From NCBI GenBank assembly GCA_030704615.1, contig CM060733.1, positions 50,468,001 to 50,532,000 of the forward strand: a DNA stretch of 64,000 nucleotides, in the 5' to 3' direction. This DNA comes from Takakia lepidozioides (taxonomy: Eukaryota; Plantae; Bryophyta). The notes below the pieces were generated by a model, which saw only the letters and a program-made list of their open reading frames with translations, was not told where the DNA came from and searched no databases. Shown here piece by piece: positions 1-10,813 of this stretch; the stretch's first letter is position 1; each line of letters opens with the position of its first letter. The position numbers were made by a program, and so were the translations under genes.

Positions 1-160
1 TCGAAACTGAAGAACACTTCTTTTACTGCCCTCTTTACTATGATCCGTAGGAGATTCCACTCCCTGCTCCATGAAACCCAATCTCTCACACAAGTCTTCC
101 ATTATGAGGATCAGAAATGCTTGGCAGCTTATCTGCATGAAGCTTTGACCCTTAGTCAAT
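1..160 (+). mobile_element. 3' coding remnant of an older, different LINE family (C-terminal CCHC region)
   Basis: With one frameshift it reads ETEEHF.YCPLYY..RRRFHSLLHETQSLTQVFHYEDQKCLAAYLHEAL. The E.E.HF...CP motif is the tail of the zinc knuckle of RTE-type ORF2 proteins. Confidence 0.5.
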
Positions 161-213
161 CCCTTTAGCATAGTTGCTTTTGGGCTGCTTCTGGCTTCAC
201 TCTCTCTTATTCT

Positions 214-2020
214 GGCAAGACATTCTGCAGATTTATAAGTACTCGTCTTGAGGTTGATCTGGAGTCTAGAGGTTGTTTCCAAGCTGGCTTTCGGCGAAAC
301 AGGGGCTGTGTGGATCATATCTTCACTCTAAGTCAGATTATCTAGGGAAGGAAAAAAGAAGGGAAACCCACTTAAGTTTTTTTTCCTGGATGTCAAAAAG
401 GCTTATGACACAGTGTGGAGGGATGGCCTATGGTTCCGCCTCTGGTCTTGTGGGATCAAGGGAAAGATGTGGAGAATTGTCCACAACTTGTATGCTCACA
501 CCAAAAGCTGTGTCACTGTTAACGGACAGAAGTCCAACTTCTTTGACATAGACCAAGGTGTAGCTCAAGGATGTACTCTCTCCCCTCTGCTCTTCAATGT
601 TTTCATCAATCAACTCCTCGAGGATGTGGAAAGGGAGGGATTTGGGTTAAGGGTGGGTGATACCACCATACCAGCCCTTATGTTTGCGGATGACTTCGCA
701 GGCATAGGGGAGACTCCAACCAATCTCCAGGAGTTGATTGATTGCGCGAAGAGATACTTTGATCTTTGGGGGCTAGAGGCTAATGTCAGCAAATGTGCAG
801 TGGTAGCATTCAACGACAGAGGAGAGGGAGGAAGTGATCTTAAGTGGCAGTGGGGTAGCCAAGAGATCCCGGTCCTCCCTTCCTACACTTAGCTGGGCGT
901 TGAGTTCTCCTCCAATTGTAATTGGGATGCTCATATCCGTTCAAACTGGCAAGGGCAAAGCTCTGGGGCTCACTAAATTTTTCCACTGCAGAGGGGTCAA
1001 CTCTGAGGTTAGGAAAACCATGCTTTGTTGCGTTATTACACCTGCCTTGGAGTACGGATCTGCTATATGGGTTGATAACTCCAACCAGGCTAAGTCTCTA
1101 GAATCCATTCAAGTGGGGGTGCTTAAGGAGTGTATGTCAGCATGCTCCAAAACAGCCAATGTGGCTGTTCGGGGTGAGTTTGGCATTCCGTCCTTAAGCT
1201 CCCGATGAGATGAATTCAATCAGATGGTGGGGTCAGCTGCAACATATGCCCAACACCAGATATCCTAAGTTAATCGACCCTATATCTTGGAAACAGGACT
1301 GCCCTGTCAAACAGGCTAACTCCTGGCAGAAGAGAGTAGAAGAGATTCTCAAGGACCTGGACCTGGATCCGCAAGTCTTGACCCTGCTGGATAAATCTGA
1401 CTTAGAGGCTGTAGTGTCCAAAGCCATGTCTGTTGCCATGAGATTGTCTGATGAAAATGAAGTTAGGCAGAAAACTTCCCTGAACTTGTTTCCAGTCAGT
1501 GACATGGGGGAGGACATCTTGGATGACCTCAAGGGTCTACCCACTCTCGGCACTAGACTGAAATTTAAACTCAGGGCAGGAAGCCTACCTTTGAACAGCA
1601 AACAGAAGCAGAGAGGAAAGGGAGAGTGCAATTGCCGTTGTGTGGGCAATCTGAAGACAGTATTCATTTTCTGACACACTGTCCGGGGTTCTCTCACCAA
1701 AGAGACGCTCTCTTCAAATCTATCAAGGGAATTGTGCCTGTACCCCTGTTTACCAACTTTGAAAGTCTCGAGGCTGAGCCAAAAGCCCAGGCCCTCCTGA
1801 GGCCTAGTTTTTGGGCAAATCACACACAGCAGATTGATGCTTGTGTGAAGGGATTTCTAGAGGATATCTGGAAAACCCGGATTAATTCTATATATGAAGG
1901 TAAGTCTTACTACCAACGTCAGCCCCTGCAGAGGTAGGTTCTGTCCCTTTTGTTCCCGCTCAAACTGGGCGCGGGGTCAATGGCCACAAGGCTACGGCAA
2001 ACAACGTCTTATGAGTACAA
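214..2020 (+). mobile_element. 5'-truncated, frameshifted non-LTR retrotransposon (RTE/RTEX-like LINE): RT plus C-terminal CCHC, no poly(A) tail
   Basis: RT motifs GKTFC..RL...QAGFR, FLDVKKAYDTVWRDGLW, GVAQGCTLSPLLF, ALMFADD; C-terminal CPLCGQSEDSIHFLTHCP. Ends in ATGAGTACAA. Imperfect TSD tctctcttattct (201-213) / tctgtcttttattct (2021-2035). Near-identical copy at 63225-64000. Confidence 0.9.
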
Positions 2021-2525
2021 TCTGTCTTTTATTCTCTTTCTTGTTTCTTGTTTTCCTTTTGTCCCATGAGCTCTTTGAGCTTTCTGCGGACGCATTTCAT
2101 TTCCTTTTTTCTCCACTAACAGACTCTGCTTGTCATGCATACTAGTCCCATAATCCTTGCCTCCTACCTCACCTCCCTCACAAGGGCCTTCGGCATCAAG
2201 TCAGTTTTGCACTGTAGTGATTGAGACAGGGCAAAGCACCCCCTGAGGATGCTGTGACTTTCCTTGATGCTGTATCTGGTGATCTTTTGCACACTTTTGA
2301 CGAAGGCAGGACAATAGAGGTCTAGATTACAAACATTAACTTAATTTATGAAGGTAGCTTCTACTCCTCAAGCAAGCTCTTGTCCATGGTAGTGATGCCA
2401 TTCTGCTCCTCTAGTGACTTCCGTCCATTGCCCCCACCTTTCATTTGGGTGCAGGTTCCACAGCCAAGAAGGGTTCTGCATGTGAGTAGATCTCTCTTTT
2501 CTAATGCCACTACCTTGTTGTGCAG

Positions 2526-3051
2526 GCTCCAAGTGCATTGTGCAATGGTGATCCTGGTACCACACAACCACTTCTCAACCAGACTGATTTTGGCACAGAT
2601 TCCACCAGCCTATACCTGGAACGTTTATGCTGTGGTAGTTGCAAATTAGTAGAGCCAACATCTGTTGGAGGAAAGGGCTGGTCTGTTGGAGCAATTCTGG
2701 GCTTGACTGCAGGTCTTCTCCTGGGTGTCTTTATGATGTATTTACTTGCTTGGTTTCAAATTACGAAGAAGGAGCGATCTTCCCTACGTGAACTCAAGGA
2801 AGGTAAGAGACATCCATGTCTTCATTCGGATGACTATTATAGGCATTTTGTGTCCATCTTGGTTGCCGGTAAGTGACTAATTTGCAAATCTCTCGTTTAA
2901 ACAATTATTGTATTTCTGTGTACTTTCACCAGAGTTGTCAAGTCTGTCTATACAGACCACCCTCTTTACATATAAGGAGTTGAAGGTTGCTACGCGGGGT
3001 TTTCATCATGAGAACAAGCTGGGGGAAGGTGGATTTGGCATTGTCTACAAG
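2526..3051 (+). pseudogene. Partial receptor-like kinase gene: Cys-containing ectodomain end, TM helix and kinase subdomain I (exons 2526-2802, 2933-3051); remaining kinase exons not found
   Basis: The GT-AG splice gives ...WSVGAILGLTAGLLLGVFMMYLLAWF (TM) [52 protein letters not shown], followed by a gtaatg donor. This is the typical RLK/Pelle juxtamembrane and Gly-rich loop. Confidence 0.75.
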
Positions 3052-3759
3052 GTAATGTCAGTTCTTTGTCACTAGGTGTGCAGACACAACAATTGTCTTG
3101 ACTTACGTTTGTGTTTGGGTTGAATTTGTTGCCTCCTGCCAATTATTACACAACAATCCCAAGAAGGCGCATAAAGCTATCTTGAACCTGACCGTTTCAT
3201 CTTCAACTGCATTCAAGACTTTTGCCCTTTCATATATTACTCCTACTGTTGTGATCATATGCAGGATGTGTGTCTCCATTTTTTATCCTGCACATGGTAC
3301 AGCTAGTTCTGGGCTGGAGCTCGAGTCAACCTCTGAAAAGGAAGGAAGACATGCCATTATGAACTCCTACCATAGTCTTGTGGTGAAAGACTCTGTGCTC
3401 TTCGTGAATCAGGAAAGGCCAAATAGAATGAGAGAAACTCAATAGGATCCACAAGGGGCCTGAGACCCATGGAACAAAGTAGAACAAGCAGGAACCCACA
3501 TCAAAATACACCAACTATTGCCCAACAACAAAGTTCCGAAGGCCCAATGGGGCAAAGTAGAACAACAAGAACCCCCGGTCGAAATACACCAAATACCGCC
3601 TAAAGACAGTGCCATACACAGGTAAGTTGCCAGACACCTAGGTCCAAAAGCTAAGGGTCTCTGGCAACGACTCTGAGTTTCAAAGAGACAATATTATCTG
3701 CCTCAGATCTCATGGTATGTAGGACAACTCAAGAAGTCAAGCATCTTTGCACAACACGC

Positions 3760-4810
3760 TTAACACCTCACATAACAGACATCAAGACCAAATTTTGCAC
3801 CATAAAACATTGAAAAGGTCTGCTCAAACAGTGTGCGTTGCCGCACACTGTTTGAGCTGGTTTTGAAGGGTTCATTTCAACCTCAGATAACAGACCGCAA
3901 GGACCAAATTTTAAACCCTTAAACATTCAAATGTTCAGCTCAAACAGTGTGCGTTGCCGCACACTGTTTGAGCTGGCAGCACAGGGTTCATTTCATCCTC
4001 AGATAGGTGCCCCTGAAGTCCAGATTTTGCACCAAGAAACATTGACATGTTCAGCTCAAACAGTGTGCGTTGCCGCACACTGTTTGGGCTGATAGTGAAG
4101 GGTTCATTTCATCCTCAAACAGGCGCCCCTTAAGACCAAATTTTGCACCCTAGAACATTGAAATGTTCAGCTCAAACAGTGTGCGTTGCCGCACACTGTT
4201 TGGGCTGACAGTGAAGGGTTCATTTCATCCTCAAACAGGTGCCCCTGAAGTCCAAATTTTGCACCCTAGAACATTGACATGTTCAGCTCAAACAGTGTGC
4301 GTTGCCGCACACTGTTTGAGCTGGCAGTGCAAGGTTCATTCTATCCTCAGAAAGGTACCCATGAAGTCCAAATTTTGCACCCGTAAACATTGAAATAATC
4401 AGCTCAAACATTGTAAGTTGCCTCACACTGTTTGAGCTGGCAGTGCAGGGTTCATTCCATCCTCAGAAAGGTCCCCCTGAAGTCCAAATTTTGCACCCAG
4501 AAACATTGAAATGTTCAGCTCAAACAGTGTGCGGCGCCGCACACTGTTTGGGCTGGCTGTGAAGGGTTCATTTCAACTGCAGATAACTGACCCCAAGGCC
4601 AAATTTTGCACCCTAAAACATAGAAAAGATCTGCTCAAACAGTGTGCGTTGCCGCACACTGTTTGAGCTGGCAGTGCGGGGTTCATTTCATCCTCAAAAA
4701 GGTGTCGTTGAAGGAAGAATTTTGCACCCTTAAACTGTGACATGTGCAGCTCAAACAGTGTGCGGCAACGCACACTGTTTGAGCTGGCGCTGAATGGTTC
4801 TTTCTTTCAC
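3760..4810. repeat. Tandem array of nine ~116-bp units, each with an 18-bp-stem, 4-nt-loop palindrome
   Basis: CAGCTCAAACAGTGTGCG-TTGC-CGCACACTGTTTGAGCTG (or a close variant) recurs at ~3820, 3936, 4052, 4168, 4284, 4400, 4516, 4631 and 4747. The intervening ~76 bp are similar between units. Confidence 0.95.
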
Positions 4811-5328
4811 AAATACCTGCCATTGAAAGCCGAATTCTTCACAAATATGGGTCCTGTGGATTTTACCTTTTTCGTAGCTACTCGAGAAGACTCCCCAGTT
4901 GCCGGGGACGCTTTCCGCTTCGGGCTGCTCTCTTCGCCGACTATGTAGGTGAGCCTCTCCCCCTTCCTCTTTCCCGTGGTCAGATCGTTCGTGAGGCCAG
5001 TGTCAACATCTTCCTCCATGTCGTCTGTCTCTCCCTCAGACGCAGTGTCCTCCTCGCCTGTTCCTGGAACTATGGTGGGTTGTTGTTCTTCTCCAGATTC
5101 CTGCTCCTCCATCGCCACACTTTCCTGTATTCCCTCTTCTTCCTCCTTTTCCTCTTCCTCCACTCTTTCCATCCTCATTCTATATCTAGCTCTATTCCTG
5201 TTTCTAGAACTCGTGAAGTATAATGACTTCCTTCTCTTTCTCCTCCGCTGGAAACAAGGGCTCCCCACGATGCCCCTGGAGCTCTCCAGTTTGACGTTTG
5301 CAACAAGTGCTGGTATCGCATGTAACAA
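4807..5328 (-). CDS. Possible acidic, NLS-bearing accessory ORF or remnant, divergent from the transposase
   Basis: Glu/Asp-rich tract followed by basic clusters GKRK...PKRK...KKVK; the stop abuts the hairpin array. No recognisable family. Confidence 0.3.
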   Translation of the reverse strand: MLHAIPALVANVKLESSRGIVGSPCFQRRRKRRKSLYFTSSRNRNRARYRMRMERVEEEEKEEEEGIQESVAMEEQESGEEQQPTIVPGTGEEDTASEGETDDMEEDVDTGLTNDLTTGKRKGERLTYIVGEESSPKRKASPATGESSRVATKKVKSTGPIFVKNSAFNGRYL

Positions 5329-6119
5329 AAATAAAAATGGACGTTGTCAACCGTATTTGGATGCGGGTGTTGATATTGTGTGCGAACGGAATTCATCCAT
5401 TTTGTCGTCTTTGTATTACCCAGCTAATAAAGCGCCGAAGAAAAAGAATATCCGTTGCATGCATTTGCGATATATGTCAGATGTACTTCGCCGCCTGCCA
5501 ATACATGGCGGCCTCCTTGCCTTCTTTCAAATTCGAATGCGCCGTAGAAATGTAGTGCTTTTCAATTCCGAGCAGTTCTTCCAGATTCGCAATAATTGTT
5601 ATGCTTCACATATGCATCCACGTGTGTTGTGCTGCATGCCCTGTGGTTTTTTTTATGCCGTGACCGTCCCCATGGGGTCATTCGGTATAAAGGATTGTGT
5701 CGGATATGACCATGTGTTGCACACATTCGTGCGAGGTATCTCTTGGAGTGTCGGTGTTTGTTCTGTGCTATTCTGGCGCAACACAATCTCATTACAATCG
5801 GATCTTCCTGTTTACTGCTCTCCAGGGTTGTTGCCGTCATTTCATAATGGATGGTTTCATGTCAATTTCAGGGTTTGTTTTCCATCCAAAAACAGTACGG
5901 CTTCTTGTGGCTCTGGTCTTTCAAAACGGTTTTTCTGGTTGGTGGGAGGTGAAGGTGCACGTCATCCCTACATCCTTGGCATGCATCGCCGGCAGCCTTG
6001 GGTTTGGTGCTACCCTTGTTGACCTCAGTTTGCTGGTGGTATTTCCACTTTCGATAATTACGGGCTCTCAGTTCGGGGATTCCGTTCTGAATCGGCAGTT
6101 TCGTTCAGTGCTGGAAAAC

Positions 6120-9100
6120 ATGTCGAGGGAGCGAGATGCACTCGCTCGATTCCATTCCAATGCAGGTACTCTTCCACTGACTGCCACTGCAGACGACGAT
6201 GGGTATGCAGTTGTTCATGAGGATGAGCTGGTTACAGTGTTCCCGCTGGAGTTGGGTTCTCTGCTTGTTCAGAAAGAGGTGTATGACGAGGATGGGAATT
6301 TGGATTCTGGGCACTTGGAGAAACCCTTGGTTGGCGAGTGTGGAAGGAAGTGGAGAGTCCTTCCAGGAACATACCGTGTCCTTGGAAAAGAGAGAAGACA
6401 ATCAGCAGGATCAGTCGTTACCCCTGGCACTGCAGCATCGGTCGTGCAACAGAAGGGCACCGTTCCTGTGAAACAAGAGGTGAGCACATCCACTACCTTC
6501 GTTACTCTTTCGGACTCGTCCTCGGAGGATGTTTCTGAGATTCCTCCGCCAGTGCAAACTCCCTTATTGGATGATGACGAATTGCAAGAGATAACAAGTG
6601 TCATTCCAAAATTGAAAGCCCTCGCAGGTGTGCCTGGGTGCAAGAGCGAGCTACGTTTTGTTGATTGGGAGTCCCTTCCAGTGCAACGTGTTCAATACGT
6701 GCCAGCTCAGTTTGATGGGGACATCTTGTTTGAGCTCAACCCTCCCACGTCTTCCAGTGGACTGGCTGGGCTTCTGCAGGGCATGGACAAGAAACATGAC
6801 GGACATCCTTGGTGCAGGACAAAAACTTCGAACATCCATAACGACATTGGCTTGAAATTTCGGAGGTCGGTTTGCGTTGGGCATTGCAAGTGCCTGAATA
6901 TTTCTTGCCCTCGGCTGAGAAACAGCGCTCAGCCAAACGAAAGTGAGTGGGAAGGTGTGCCCCTGAATCCTTTCACCCCAGGGCTTGCACCTCCCAAGAC
7001 CAATACTTTTGTGTGCAGGTTCTGCAAACTTTCCCCGTCCTGTGTTTCTGTTTGCCACGCTCGTATGTATCAGGTGGCACATCGATGCAAGACAATGACT
7101 CGTGCCTGCATTCATATGGGTGCACACGAGCATCCTGTGTCCAAAGGGAGTTGCAGGGATAGCGTGGACATCGCTAGAAATCTACTGAAGCAAGAGTTCC
7201 ATAATGCCCCTTCTGCAACACCTTCTGCTATAGCGCTTGCAGCTAGCAAGGCATTCCTGGAAAAACACATACTGGGTGAAGGGGATTCGACACAGCCAAT
7301 GCTGGATGCAGATTCCCTTGAGGCAGTCATGGACCATTTCTCCGTGTTGAGCTCTCCCAATATTCGAAACCAGGTGAATGCACTCAGAATGGGCACAGGA
7401 ACTGCTGGATTCATGGACAACATTATGGACCTCAAACGGAGGAGTCGCTATGAATTCATTCAAAACAGTATGTTCCCTGGCCAGGGCTCGTCCAAAGTGT
7501 ATTTGTTCAAGATGTCCGCTGTGGGCCAAGGCAGTGGTGTGAGCATTGTCCGCCGAATGCAACCTGGAGGAGATTTGGCTAAATGTTGGTTAATGTTTGA
7601 TCACTGCAAACGGGTGAAGGGTTGGACAACCATGGCGTGCCATGTGTATGATCCAGCGTACCAGCGTGTGCTCTCCATAGCAATTTGTGATATGCAGTCG
7701 GAGGACACTGAATCCCAGATGCTCATGTGGAAGTCCCTCCTGACCGTCATGCAGCGCAATGGAATACAGAACACAAACTTTGCGGGCTTCATGGCTGATA
7801 GTGCACAGGCAAATTTCAATGCAGTGCGGCGCGTGTTTGGTTCTGGGGATCCTAAGGTCCCCATGGAAAATAGGGAGCGCACATGCCTCTTCCATTGGAG
7901 TCAATCTCTGGCACGTCATACAAAGCGCTGCATTCGCCCTGACCTTCAGTTGGAGCATAGAAGGCTCTGTCTGAAGTACAAGAATGCCACCTCAATGGGA
8001 GAAGCAGAGAGCACTTACCAGACAATCCGGGCTTGGTGGTTCTCCGCTGGTGCTGCTACAGGTATCCACCTGAAGGAGTTGGAGGACTGGTTGGTTTTCT
8101 GGCACTTCAGGTACAGACAGTGGGGAGCTTTCATGACGACGGTAAGCCTCACAAGTTTTCCTTAAACACAAATTGCACTTTGCATCGTGCCTGTTCATTT
8201 GGGGTTGTTCGATTGTCACTTGAAGAACCTCTACCATTTCTTTTCCTTCCTCACATTTCCATGCAATGCCTCCTGCAGGACATGTCCTTGGAGGACTTGG
8301 CCGACATGCCATCGTGTAATTTGGCAGAGACTGTTCACAACGCCTGGATGCAACAGTCTACCAAAGCAGGTCGTGACTTGTATGTGGCCACTGCTGATGA
8401 CATGGTGCGGGCACTTACACAACAAACCAGGTACCGCAATTTTCTGATGGGACGAGGTGGAGGGAAGGGCCCCGATTCGACTTTGTTGATGCTAAGGGCT
8501 GCGAGTAGGTCCGGAGACCCGTCAAAGATGGCCAGAGCTCTAAACAGGTGCACTGAAGGTTCCCCTCTGCAATCCAGGCTCCCCCATTTGGAAGGCGAGG
8601 AAAGATTTGGATCATGCAAAAGGAAATTTAACACTCTTCCAGGGTCAGATGGAGATTCCCATAGGCCAGACAGGGTCAATTTCTCTGTGCCAAAGGTGTC
8701 TCCAGTGCAGACTAAGTCCTGTGCCGGCCCCTTCCCAGGTGGGTCCTCCTCCTGTGGAGCAGGTGCAGAACATGCAAGCATAGCAGCGGAAATCCCATTG
8801 GAGGAGGTGGTGGCCATGGTGCAGGAATCTGATTGCATTGATAGTGACTGGCATATAGAACGCACCCCACCAGGATCTAGAGTGGCTTGCATGACAATTC
8901 GGACCCCCTCTTTCAAGAAATGCAAATCAAAAATATGCAAAGGCTCCAGGGGGACTCCAGCTCCAACATTCACAGGGTTGTTCCGACCTTATCATAGTGG
9001 GGAGTCAAAAGAGCACAAGTTTTGGTTCTGCCCAGACGATATGGCACGATGCGTGAAGGGAACAGTTCGTCCTTCCGTGATAATGAAGCCCCCTCCCCCC

Positions 9101-9691
9101 GCAATTTGGCCTGTGAAAATTGGGACATCGCTGTCCTCAACCGAGATAAGCATGCTGGAGGAGGGAGGGTTTTGTCTTGCACGGTCCCGGGTGGTGCCCT
9201 TATGCACTGTCGGCACAGATGTGCCACATGCTCCGACAATGCCTCCACCCGGTGCCGACTCCCACCCAACAAAAAGAGATGGAAAAACAGTGCGCCGTGT
9301 TGCTTCGGGTGCAGATCACGAATGCAAGATGGAATCGGCTAGAATTTTGCAGGCTACGGTGGCTCGTATCACCGAAGTCCCTTCCCCGGGGTATGGACGG
9401 ATTTACACAGTGCTGTCAATTGGCTCAGTTCTTCATGCCAAAGAATATCAAGTTACCATTGGGAATTTCCCATCGTGCACTTGTCCGGATTTTGTAACGA
9501 TGCGTGAGGGCGCTCTCGGCATGAGAGGGAAGTGGGTCCCCTGCAAGCATCAATATTACATATACCTTGTAATTATGTGTTGCGACGGTAAGAGAGACCA
9601 ATTCATTCACCAAGCCACACTAGGCTACGGAGAAGTCATCACCCTTCTGCAGCGGGACACCTCGCGTAGAGCTCCGCCAACTTCTCTTTGA
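6120..9691 (+). CDS. Mutator-family (MULE) DDE transposase with N-terminal GCM/WRKY-like zinc domain and C-terminal SWIM finger; 2 exons (6120-8141, 8279-9691), ~1144 aa
   Basis: Catalytic candidates MFDH, FMADSAQANFNAV, CLFH (CxxH) and CNLAETVH. SWIM: CTCPDF...CKHQ. GCM-like: DGHPW..TSN..RSVCVGHCKC..C..CRFC..C..GAHEHP. A phase-0 gtaagc...tgcag intron joins the two ORFs in frame with no stops. Confidence 0.9.
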
Positions 9692-9860
9692 ACACATACG
9701 AGCCATGCCCGCTTCCCATGCTGGTTTCCAGGTTGCCGTTGTCGCGCGGCTTTTACTCACCCATCCCTTCGCTATCCGAGGCGGAAACTCCAAGATAGAA
9801 GAGTTGGAAATCTCTAAGTACTCAGCCCGCGCAGAACAATCAGTCATGACCTACAGCTAG

Positions 9861-10775
9861 TGTATCATGGGGGTGTTTCCTATTTGTTTCCCTTTTCGCA
9901 TTCATCTTAGCTACCTTACCATTGATAATTACGTATTAGTTTCCTTCACTCCTCCATTCAATCCTCAGCTTCACTCAGATCTCTCTACACAGTGTGATTG
10001 TATCGTATAAATATCAGATTATGATTTATCAGGTATCAGGCCGAAGCCATTGTATCTCTATTCTCCTCTACAATATCCCTACGGCTTTGCATCTAACAAG
10101 CATCTACTAATCCTCCTTCATCGTGCTCTCCGATCTCCGCTTCCGCCTGACTCCCAAGTCCTCCCCGAATAATGATCTCATCATAATCCCCGTTCTTCCC
10201 TTTATCCTCCTATCCGCGGTTCTAACCGTTTCCCTCTCTAACCGTCGTATGTGAACTAACATGTTCCCTTCTCTGGTGTTGTTCCCCACAGTCGTTCCCT
10301 GTCCTACTCTTCGTTCCCTATTATCGTGACAGCTGTGTCAAGCGGTGACTGGCTGTGTTTGGCTGTGTCGGGCTGTGACTGGCTGTGTGGCTATGCCGGG
10401 CTGTGACTGGCTGTGTGGGTTGTGTCTGCTGTGACGACTGTGACGGGCTGTGTGGGCTGTGTGGGCTGTGACGACTATGACGGGCTGTGTGGGCTATGAC
10501 GGCTGTGACGGGCTGTGTTGGCTGTGACGGCTGTGTGGGCTGTGTGGGCTGTGACGGCTGTGTGGGCTGTGTGGGCTGTGTGGGCTGTGTGGGCTGTGTG
10601 GGCTGTGTGGGCTGTGTCGGCTGTGTCGGCTGTGTGGGCTGTGTGGGTTGTGTAACCCCCTTCTACAGTGCTCTGCTGTCACCCCTAAGGTTCCTGTTTG
10701 TCTCAGTCTGTGCAAAAATTAAGGGTACCCTACAGATCCCGTATAAGTGTCTAAGTCCCCTACAGTCCTCTAACA
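9861..10775 (-). repeat. Putative 3' LTR of the Gypsy element (~915 bp)
   Basis: On the minus strand it begins TGTTAGAGG immediately after the PPT and plausibly ends ...CATGATACA at 9861, where composition switches. The left boundary cannot be confirmed without the 5' LTR. Confidence 0.6.
10330..10652. repeat. GGCTGTGTG/GGCTGTGAC 9-bp-type minisatellite inside the LTR
   Basis: Long run of ggctgtg(tg/ac) units. Confidence 0.95.
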
Positions 10776-10797
10776 TTACCCCTTCCCCCCTCAAAAA
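10776..10797 (-). other. Polypurine tract of the Gypsy element
   Basis: The minus strand reads TTTTTGAGGGGGGAAGGGGTAA directly before the LTR-initial TG. Confidence 0.75.
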
Positions 10798-10813
10798 GCC
10801 GTGTCCTCACGGT

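Noticed and set aside
3464-3592. Two-copy ~77-bp repeat with an exon-like reading
   Set aside because: Stops nearby and no identifiable product; probably TE debris.
3760-4810. CRISPR array (palindromic repeats at regular spacing)
   Set aside because: The spacers are homologous to each other, no cas genes are present, and the context is a plant nuclear genome.
4949-6119. 357-aa ORF 4949-6022 and the N-terminal extension of ORF 5697-8165
   Set aside because: The Ser-rich part is the antisense shadow of the acidic ORF and there are no motifs. The starts are non-ATG; ATG 6120 is the more plausible transposase start.
9620-9860. Convergent mudrB-like accessory gene
   Set aside because: Only 75 codons with no recognisable motif, and cut by the LTR; it cannot be supported.
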